The notes under the pieces are model-generated. The model was given only the letters and a program-made list of their open reading frames with translations. It did not search any database and was not told the origin of the DNA. From NCBI RefSeq assembly GCF_006345805.1, contig NW_021833770.1, positions 1-57,272 on the forward strand: DNA of 57,272 bases, read 5' to 3'. Position 1 is the stretch's first letter. Each line of letters begins with the position of its first letter. The position numbers and the translations under genes were made by a program. Origin of the DNA: Octopus sinensis (lineage: Eukaryota). Below, one piece after another: positions 47,621 to 57,272 of the stretch.

Positions 47621-48936
47621 CTTCTCCCTCTATATCTACGTATTGAGCTAGCCTACTTCATCGTCTGGGGGCGTCCACACAACACAAGTAAAAAGAGAGG
47701 ATTGGTACATACATACATACATACTTGCATATATACATATATACCTAATGAAGTATAAGAGAATGGTTTCAGCGACTTTCTTTATTCTATATCAATGCAA
47801 TTGTGTCTACATATCACATCCGTAGTTCTTGATGAGATGATATAATTTACATCGTGTGTCATCACTACAATTCCTTAAAGGTGGAACGTAGGACTTATTG
47901 AAATACTCACCTGAAAAGCATATTTTACACCTCTGATAGATGGTAAGCATTACAAAATTTATCAATTACATCATCTGAACCACGTACAATGGTTGTGAAA
48001 TCATGTAGTATCAATTGTAGTATTATGGAATAAAGAATATCGTTTAATTCATTCCCTCTTATTCACCTATGTTTAAACACGAAAGCGAAAAAGGAAAGAA
48101 ACACAATTTCTCCACAAAGAAAAAACAAACGAGATACAACAGATATTCAAAACGCTTTAGTAACAGTTTTCCACGCGGGTTTCGAAATCGCAAATCCGAA
48201 TCGCCACACAATATCACCATACACATACCAGTTGCTGACGTCACCTAACTCCAGAACAATGAAATTTGACTTACAATCAAAATCGAACTTCAGCAAATAC
48301 AACAAAATTACCCTTTTAAGAGAATCAAGCAACTGGAATGGCTGATGACCGTTCCCCACAGGTAAGCCAACCAGGCAGAATGAAAATCTTGACCACCAGA
48401 AAAATAAGACATCAACAAATATCAGATCCGTTCACGGAAAAAATCGTAAATACACCGGATTCCAAAAAACGCCTTTACAAGCAAAAGATCTTGCACATGT
48501 CGGTAAGAGAATCACAGAATCTGTAAACAAAAACCCTTTTTTCACTATCTTCATTTCTCCCTTGTTTTTCTCCCCCTTAACTCAGTATGGCCGAAACTTT
48601 GATACCCCACGTTTCTTATCGATCACTACTAACACTATTGAATGTTGTGCATTTCAGCAAAATGATCCACATTTTTTATATATTATTGAAACTTATGAAC
48701 ATTTAAAATCATACTTCATTTCACCGAAACTTATAAACATAAAAACAATGTTTTTCTAATTCATAATTTTAAATTTTTACCATTCATAAACAAAAAATAT
48801 TGTTGAAACTAGTTTGGTATGTATATTTATTTATTTTATTTTTTTATTTTATCTAGTTTCAGTGAGGGGACGTAAAGACACAAGTATCGGTTGTCAAGAA
48901 ATGCTAGGGGGACAAACACAAACAAACAAACACACA

Positions 48937-48996
<60 letters not shown>

Positions 48997-49029
48997 CATA
49001 TATATATATACATATATATATACATATAT

Positions 49030-49165
49030 ACGACGGGCTTCTTTCAGTTTCCGTCTACCAAATCCACTCACAAGGCTTTGGTCGGCCCGAGGCTATAGTA
49101 GAAGACACTTGCCCAAGGTGCCACGCAGTGGGACTGAACCCGGAACCATGTGGTTGGTAAACAAG
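49030..49165 (-). mobile_element. Cephalopod-type tRNA-related SINE, partial
   Basis: cgacgggcttctttcagtttccgtctaccaaatccactcacaaggctttggtcggcccgaggctatagtagaagacacttgcccaaggtgccacgcagtgggactgaacccggaaccatgtggttgg, recalled as the abundant Octopus SINE consensus (not searched). Confidence 0.8.
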
Positions 49166-49179
49166 GCACCTCCTAAGCG

Positions 49180-50160
49180 TGACCTAGACAATTTCGAGCA
49201 ACATCTTGAACATCAAATTTAAACCTAGAAAAATAACAATCAAACCCCACCTAACTAAAATCAATAATATCCTCAAGAGTCTTCAAAAATACTCTGAAAT
49301 TCTCTTCCTTGCCGTCAAACCCGGCCACCTTTATAATGCTCCTCTAGATAAACACCCAGAGCTAATACACAAATAACTACATAAATGATACCGTATTGTA
49401 CCAGTCTCCGTTCTAAAAGACATTTACATCAAGAATCGTGATCTCGTTTTTAAAGGCGCATTAGAAGATAGGACCAGACGTTCCTTAACTCGCTCACTTC
49501 ATATTAACGTAGAAGACCATAAAATAAAATTTGCTGAGAACCCTTCCGTTCACCTCATTTGCCCCTTCAGTTCAGATATAGGTAAGATTAGCAAGATTTC
49601 GTCAGACAGGGTTATACCCCCAACTACACCCATGGACTGAAATTACTCAAGCCGTCCAGTCGTTTAATTCCTAAAGCCCTAAACATACTTTTCAATTCAT
49701 CCAGATCGACATAGACCAAATTACTCTAGTGTATCCCCTATCCTTCTCAACAAAGTCGTCATTTTTGCAATGATACGATCTTACCTCTCTTGTGACGATA
49801 TTGATATCATCTTGGCCGCCCGTCGACATTTGATAAAACTGAGTAATTCTAGGCCAATAGAGACATTCGGGATTCTCGCAAACGCGGAATCGAACAGATT
49901 AGAAAAAGACTAAGATATCTTTTTAAAACGGTGGGCCTCTGCATCACTTTTTGTAGCAGCCTTAAAACTTCTAATTTCCTAGATGTCACCCTAGATCTAC
50001 AAAGTCAAATTTTCAACCCATGCCATTAACTTAAGGGGAACCTCCACTACGTCAACTTTTCCTCCATCCACAACGCCAGTTGTCCTAAACTCTATCGTAG
50101 ATATCGTATCAAAACGGATTTCATCACTGTCCGCCAGTAAGGAAATATTCGAACAATACG
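49180..50160 (+). mobile_element. Penelope-like RT remnant
   Basis: ENPSVHLICP...SDIGKISK, FIQIDID, FLDVTLDL, KRISSLS...EIFE: PLE RT motifs, heavily decayed. Confidence 0.65.
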
Positions 50161-50334
50161 CTGAATATTATAATAGCGTGACGGTCATAAGAATTCGATC
50201 GAATATACCCCTATGTGGAACAAGCCTCCCTCAACTAAACTCGGAACCAAGAATACACCCGTCCTCCAGATAAAGCAAAAAATATCCCGCATAACCCACA
50301 GTCCTACTACTCTTCCGGAGCATCTATGACGACC

Positions 50335-51385
50335 GTCACCTGATGCGCTACATCATAGACAGGGTAGTTAAGGAATCTGGCACGGGTGGGGCGCAGATCA
50401 ATTTGGATCAATCGAAAGCTTTCGATAGGGTAGACCATCGATATTGGAGGCTGTCCTCAGAGCGGCTGGTTTCGCTCCTGTCTTCCGCGGCTGGATAGCC
50501 GCTTTGTACTCAGGCATCCGTACGGTAATTCGCGTAAATGGACTTCTATAGAGACCTTTAGACATTGTACGTTATGGCCGTCAGGGATGCCCCATCTCGT
50601 CGCTTCCGTAGGCATTGACTCTCGAGCCATTATTACGGAAGCTGCTAGCTGTGAGGGTCATCCCACGAGAATTGGGATTCGTGACGAGCGTGTCTGCATA
50701 CGCGGACGACGACACCGTCATAGTGTCTAGCCACGAGCATGTCGAGCATGTCGGCGAGACACTGAAAGACTACGTAGCGGTGACAGGAGCGAAAATCAAC
50801 CGGGAAAAATCAGTGGGCTTGCGATTCGGCACCTGGAGAAGCAAGCCCATGCAGTCCACCAGCACCTCCGTCGTGGGACGCTGGACCGACGGTCCGGTCG
50901 AGTTTCTCAGGGTCTGGTTCGGTGCGGACCTCCAGTGGAGAAGAAATGGAACGAGATATTGAGTAGGGTGGTCACTGTCGCCCGACAATGGGCCGAGAGG
51001 AAACTGTCCCTAAAAGGTCGGGCGGAGGTGGCGACCTCGTACATCACGTACGTCATCTACTACCGCTAGTCCGTCGTACCTTGTCCCGCATACTCTTTCG
51101 TTTCTTGTGGAATGGATGCGTCCCGATGGAAAGCGATACAGTTGCTGTCAACACCCGTTAAAATAAGGACTGGGCATGCCGTGGTTGATGATGCGCAGAT
51201 ACGCTCTGAGATTACGATATCTCAGGCTCTACGTAGACGACGGTGAACAGGTGTGGTCGACGTTTGTGAGGCACGCTTTCCCGCAACTCGTCTCCATGAC
51301 CGAACTGCAGTCGTGGATCAAAAAGGGCCGAGAAAGAACGAATGGCACCGTGAGTTTCGCGTTGCTCTCAAGCAACTAAGCCGTC
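50335..51385 (+). mobile_element. L1/Tx1-like LINE RT fragment (relative of 41725-45305)
   Basis: LDQSKAFDRVDH, QGCP, EPLLRKL, SAYADDDT, GAKINREKS, LSLKGRAEV, GLGMPWLMMRR. Confidence 0.88.
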
Positions 51386-51489
51386 CCTATCTATCAATAA
51401 TTAACAATAACTAGGTAATAAAAGGCTTAGAATTTTTACTACCAGTCGCCTAACGTGTAAAAAAATTGTCAATAGCATATATATTAATC

Positions 51490-51847
51490 ATATAAATGCA
51501 GCGTACATTTAAACACAAAAGACGTATTCGTCTTATGTGTTTAAACACATTTAAACATATCTAAACACATAAGAGGTATCACATAAGAGGCGTTGTTGGA
51601 TTGCCTCATGCTTATATGTTTTAATCTAGGCGAACCTGCTGATGAGGACTTCGCCTAGCAAATAATTTTATTTGCTACAAAAATATCTGAATCCGTTGTC
51701 TAGGAGATAGAGTTAAGTGTTTTATAATTTTCATTCCCTTCGATGATTATCCCTAATTGCGGTTTGGATTGTAGCTGTTCCTTCTGGCGTGCAGCAAATC
51801 CTATGACGGATACATCTTATGTGTTTAAATGTACACTGTATTCATAT
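51490..51847. mobile_element. Small element with ~42-bp inverted repeats (51490-51532 / 51805-51847) containing a degenerate hammerhead
   Basis: atataaatgcagcgtacatttaaacacaaaagacgtattcgtc vs reverse complement atatgaatacagtgtacatttaaacacataagatgtatccgtc; CCTG-CTGATGA...GAATC...GTC-TAGG at 51635-51704. Confidence 0.6.
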
Positions 51848-51852
51848 CTAAC

Positions 51853-51909
<57 letters not shown>

Positions 51910-51912
51910 CTA

Positions 51913-51943
<31 letters not shown>

Positions 51944-52734
51944 ATATATATACACATATATATATATAATGTATGCATTACGTATTCGGTCGATTCAGCT
52001 GAAAATATGCACACCTATGTTAAAATTGCTGGCAATTTTGCATGACAACTATTTTTTCCTCAAATGAAAGGCGTCACCTCTAGGACAAAATTCCTCATCT
52101 TATAAAATGTGGCCCCAGTAAAACCGAATGAAATCGGGTAATATGAACCAAAATGTGAAAAGGGGTCTAAATGGGGCTGGAAGGGGATTAAAATTTCAAG
52201 GAGCGGGTGTTTAGGAATTCTCTGTTACATCAAGCTAAAAAAATTGCGCCAGCCTTTTAATCGTCAATGTGTTGCCGTCCATGATAAAGAAGTTTTGAAT
52301 GCTTGCCATGCTGAGTCTACTGTCGTGAGAAAGAATCACTTCAAAACTTGGTGTTTACGAATTTTCTTATACATCCGTCGTTTTAGAAATGCCATTCATG
52401 GTGACTCTACTATCCTCACATTCTATCCCTTCAAACTTTGCTTTCCAATATTTTATTATTTTTATTCAGCTTGCAAGTTCGTCTGTCCCTTTTAAATGTT
52501 AGCGTTTTGCTGTCTGCCTTCAAGCAGACCTTTCCATTGCCACTGCCTCATATTTCTGATTGATTTTCTAAATATTTTATTTCTAAACTTACTCAAGATC
52601 TTTCGTTGTTTATAAATGGGAGAGAGATAGATAAAGATAGAGAGTAAGAGAAAGCGAGGGAGAGTCCGAGAGAAAAGAAAAGTAAGAGAGTGGGAAAGTG
52701 AGAGAGAAAGGAGAGAGAAACAAATACGGAGAAT

Positions 52735-53040
52735 CATCATCATCATCATCGTTTAACGTCCGTTTTCCGTGCTAGCACGGGTGGGACAGTGTGACCGGGG
52801 TCTGGGACGCCAGGAGGCTGCACATGGATCCAGTCTAATCTGGCAGTGTTTCTACAGGTGGATGACCTTCCTAACGCCAACCACTCTGTGAGTGTAGTGG
52901 GTGCTTTTTTCGTGCCACCGGCACAGGTGCCAGGGGGGCTCGCAGCGGCAACGATCGGTTGGTGCTTTTTACGTGCCACCGGCAGAGAAGCAAGTCAAGG
53001 CGGTTCTGCAATCGGCCACGTTCGGATGGTGCTTTTTACG
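52735..53040 (-). mobile_element. RTE-tailed SINE or RTE LINE 3' end with (ATG)n tail
   Basis: (cat)n-cgtttaacgtccgttttccgtgctagcacggg...ggatgaccttcctaacgccaaccactc, followed by short gtgc-tttt-(a)cgtgccacc repeats; recalled as a common Octopus repeat. Confidence 0.7.
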
Positions 53041-53079
53041 TGCTGAAAGGAAGCAACAGAATGTAACAACCACACTCTT

Positions 53080-53111
53080 ACCCGCGCATAGAGCGGGTCA
53101 CCTGCAGCTAG
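53080..53111 (+). mobile_element. Orphan Helitron-type 3' terminus
   Basis: ACCCGC-gcataga-GCGGGT hairpin, 9-nt spacer, CTAG, then T. Confidence 0.6.
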
Positions 53112-53246
53112 TATATATATATATATATATATATAAATATATGCATATAATTCTTATGCACATAGGTATACACACAATAACGCACAAAAATACGCACTCA
53201 TTCTTACATCCACGCACGCAGACATAATGGCACACGCAGAGACACA

Positions 53247-53291
<45 letters not shown>

Positions 53292-53958
53292 CGAACACGA
53301 CACACATTCGGAACACAACACACACTTAGTGTGAGCGATATACTTTCATAAAGTGTAGGAAGGTTTACTATGAGAAAAGGAAAGTAATAAGCTATTAGAG
53401 AGCGAACTTTTCGCCTTCTGTCACAGAATTTGAAATTTGAAAATAATGTGGAAATTTTGAAATTTATTGATTTATTCGAGAACAAGTTTAGAAAACACAT
53501 CAGAGGTTCGAAGTTTTATCATTTTTACCCAATCAGAAAACAAGATTTGGAAGCGAAGCTGTTTGTGTGTGAACATTTGTATCATAAAGTAGAAGTAGGA
53601 GATTTTAAATAAAATGAAAGCAATGATTGATTTTTAATTCAAATACACACACAGAGTGAGAGAGGGAGAGGGAGCATCAAATAGTATGGCAAATATGAGA
53701 TACATGGGTAGTGATAGATATTGAGTGGGAGGTTGAGATCTCAAAGTTGGGTTATTTCACGTGGAGGAATATGATATTTATTATATTTTATGGACGATGT
53801 TTACCTTGGGAATCGGATTTCGGAAAGCAAATTCGTTTTACTCGAGGACGCAATGTTTCAGAGGCTCGCAGATCTGAAAACATATACACCCGTATTTTTA
53901 TAGTGTATATATAGCGTATGCATTTCTATATATGTGTATGTATGTATATATATATGTA

Positions 53959-54011
<53 letters not shown>

Positions 54012-54479
54012 CATGTATGTATGTATGTATGTGTGTATATGTGTATGTGTATATGTATGTATGTATGCATGTATGTATATACATATATATTATTATATAT
54101 ATATATATGTATATATAGTAGAAACATGTTATATATATATATATATACATATATATACATATATATTAGAAATATGTTACAAGAAGAAAAAAGAAAATAC
54201 GCGTCGAAATGTAAGGGGAAATATGAAAAATCAACGAAAATGCACATTGTAAATAAAACAAAAAAAATTTTTATGAAAGGTAATGACAGATATATACCTT
54301 TAGATGGATTGAGGTAGAAATAAGAGTCACAAGATTCATTATTATGAGATGATTAAAGAGTCAGAAAGCATACCATGCTTTCATCGTAAGCCATTCATTG
54401 CTTTGAATGAACACCGGCTAATGAACGGTGTTAGGTCTAATAGTGCCTGAATAAAAAGATTATTTGTAAGGGAGGTAAG

Positions 54480-56340
54480 TAGTTCTGGATTTTGTGCAGT
54501 AAGGTTAGATATAGGATTTGAATCTGAATTTTGTAAGGAATGTGTAGTGGTTTATGGTGTTAATTGAAGGGATAGTAGTGTTCTGTATTAAGTTGTGTCT
54601 TTATATTCAGTTGGGGAAGATATTTATTGATGAAAATTGCCTATTTATTCAACCTTTGTTGCATTGATGTGTTCTGTGAAGATTGATAGAAGTGGAAAAT
54701 TTGGAAAAAACGATTAAGATTCCTAGCACACCTTTGTATGTGTTCACTAACCTGTAACTATCTGTATTGTGGTTGGTGAATTTGTTCCTTATGGATGGTT
54801 GTTCTTCAACGGAGTGATATTCCTGTTTGTCTAATATAGTGGTTACCACATCCTAAGCATGTCATGCTATAGATTAGATTTTCCGAGTGTCAGGTGAAAT
54901 TTGAATTGATCTTAAATATTTCCTCTTGTTTGAAGTGGATTTCTGAATCCTCCAAAAGGTTGGGACATGTTCCACAGTTGAGGCGATCACATTTTTTCTC
55001 TTTTGGCTCTGTTGTTAGTAAATATAGTCTTCCGCTGGTTAATTGTTTTTCAATGAATTCGGTTGTAGTTTGCTTTTTTAAATTTTGTATGAGCTTTAAA
55101 TTTCGTTCGTCGTTTTGTCTCCTGTGAGGATGGGAAGATTTTGGGTGATAATATTGAAGGCTTCGTTGTTTCTAGGGTTATGTGTGGAAATCTACGGGAG
55201 TATTTTTATATCTGGTCTAGTATATCGGTTGACCTGCCTTAATATTTGTATATCTATTTCCTTAGCTCTTTTAATGTCTTTTAGTTAGTGTTGATCTAAT
55301 TTCAAGCAGTCTTATTCACGAGTATATGTATCCGAAACTATGGTACAGATTCTTTTCGGTAGATTAAAAGGTGTATTAATTTTTATGTGTTTGGGGTGTC
55401 AAACAATAGGTATTGTTTAGAATCTGTGGGTTTATAAAATATGTCTGTTTCTATGTGGTTGTCAACTATTTTAATTAAGATTTTTAGAAAGGGAGTTGTT
55501 AACTGTTGTTAAGCATTACTTTCAAATCAAGGAGTTTGACCATGCTGTCTTTTCCAAAGTATGAAGCAATCATCCAAATACCTCATCCAGTTCTCCTTTA
55601 AATAGCAATTTAAAGAGGCGCCATAATTTTCTAGTGATGATTGGTATAACTTAAGTTCTAGGTAACCCATTACAAGGTTTGCAATCACTGCAGCAGCTCT
55701 GGTTTCCATTGCAATTCCACATTTTTGTCGATAGTAAGTTGTATCGAACATGAAATAGTTGTTCAGCAAGATGAATTTGAGTGCTTTCAATATGACTCTG
55801 TGGTTTATGCATCCTGAGATCTCTTCTGCGTATTTTTCTGTGATTGCTTCTATACCATAGTCGTGTGGGGTATTGGTGTACAGATTCACCACATCGAAAG
55901 ATACCAGCAGCGTTCCTTCCTTTACTGTATTCGGGAGGTGGTTCAGCATGTCTAGGTCATCCCTGATAAAGCTTTTCACATATTTTTAAAAAAAGGTTTT
56001 GAGTAAGATGTCGAGGAAGTTGCTCAAATGGTGGGTTTCACAAGAAGGGCCACCTATGAGAGGTCTCAGTTTGAGGTCAGTAGGGGGAGGGACATTAATG
56101 CAAAGGCTTGTAGAGACTTTGCAGGCTTCACAAATGTGTGGATTTTTATGTTTTTGGGGTAGTCCGTAGAATAGACTAGGACTGTATTTACAATTGGGTA
56201 AAAAGTCTATTTAAAGGTTAGTGAGACCATTTCCATGAATTTGGAGTAAGGAGGGAAAGTTTTTCAGCGTTTACTGTGGGTTGTTATGTATTAATTTCTC
56301 ATAGTAAATATTATTTTCCAACATGGAAAGTATTAAATAT
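54480..56340 (-). mobile_element. Penelope-like element (RT + GIY-YIG), degenerate
   Basis: ORF 55527-55979: LVSFDVVNLYTNTPH, YRQKCGIAME...IANLVMG, WMRYLDDCF. Upstream PKFYGLPK-like/LRPLIGGPSCETH. Downstream GCGNHYIRQTGISLR*RTTIHK (GIY-YIG, ~54780-54850). Confidence 0.88.
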
Positions 56341-56669
56341 TTGTAGTATTCTGTATTCATCACTACTACCGCACATCCATTGTCGGCTTCTTTGGAATAC
56401 GTTGAATTTGGAATTTACGAGGCAAAAGTATTGGTGTAGAGTTTAGCCAGCGTTCGTAGATTTCTGCCTTGTGGTTGTTTTTAATCGTATTCGAGAAAGA
56501 AGAGTTTCTGGCTTTACGTTTTTCATTCCATATGTGGATAATGTGGTTTTTCATAGATAGTGTGGAGGGATTGCTATCTTGTGTATCATCTATAGGAAGA
56601 TTTACCAGTAGCACTCAAGAGCATCCTCACACAAAACACACACACACAACACACACACACACACACACA

Positions 56670-56740
<71 letters not shown>

Positions 56741-56743
56741 GTA

Positions 56744-57272
56744 CAGGTTACAGTAAATATAGTGTCGGCTTAATTACGCAAAAATGAAAAAACACTGACA
56801 TCCCATTTTAACAGGTATATTTACCAAAACAATAGAAAAATATCTTGAAAGTAAATGTATTCAATAAATTCGCTATTGGCTTCAACCACGTCTTCCGGTC
56901 AGCTTCGGAATCTCCTGAAACTCCTCTCGACGGTCACCTTGTTTAATTTCGTGAATACTGCCATAATCCTTGTATTCAGTTTATCTTTGATGTTACAAGG
57001 GGTTTTGCTGACCTCTCAGTCAACTGCGCACCATGCATGATAATCAAGGGGGTTCCAGTCTGAGGAGTTAGATGGCGTTACTTTAGGGGTGATGTGGTCG
57101 CAGAATTTGTCTGACAGCCATGGCTGGGTTCTGCTGGTTGTATGGCATGGTACAGAGTCTTGCTGCGTGAGATAGGATCTTCCAGCAGCCATCCCATTGC
57201 TCCAGGGAAGCACGACCATCTCCAGGCACTTGATGTAGACCTCCGTCTGAAACCTATTTCTTTACTACCAAC
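56744..57272 (-). mobile_element. Tc1/mariner-superfamily transposon 3' part (DD37D/maT-like), runs off window
   Basis: YIKCLEMVVLPW...AAGRSYLTQQDSVPCHT...WLSDKF...PSNSSDWNPLDY matches QQDSAPxH...WPPNSPDxNPLDY; TA|CAGG end at 56742-56747. Confidence 0.8.

Noticed and set aside
52080-52420. Possible DNA-transposase remnant (FEVILSHDSRLSM... on the minus strand)
   Set aside because: No diagnostic motif or termini recognised; left unannotated.

Overview
AT-rich eukaryotic DNA made almost entirely of microsatellites and transposable elements. It is probably a cephalopod (Octopus-like) genome; this is inferred from recalled SINE and R4/Dong repeat types, not from a search. No intact host gene, rRNA, tRNA or CRISPR array is supported. 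Contents: three degenerate Helitron bodies, one interrupted by a Ty3/gypsy element with LTRs, PBS, PPT and a 4-bp TSD; an R4/Dong RLE-LINE inside a (TAA)n array; three L1/Tx1-like LINE pieces, one with a near-complete ORF2; Penelope-like (PLE) RT/GIY-YIG remnants; two Tc1/mariner remnants; SINEs; and a 3-copy ~1.6-kb Helitron-derived tandem array. The most interesting signal is a set of small non-coding repeat units carrying type I hammerhead-ribozyme (HHR) motifs with tandem, terminally redundant or inverted architecture (8.4, 17.2-19.3, 33.9, 35.1, 40.6 and 51.5 kb). The best is a ~470-bp unit in ~3.6 tandem copies plus an inverted copy, which looks like a retrozyme/PLE pseudo-LTR system. 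An old collinear duplication (7.1-15.6 kb vs 41.1-46.0 kb) was invaded by different LINEs in each copy. All structures were read by eye; boundaries are approximate unless a motif is quoted.
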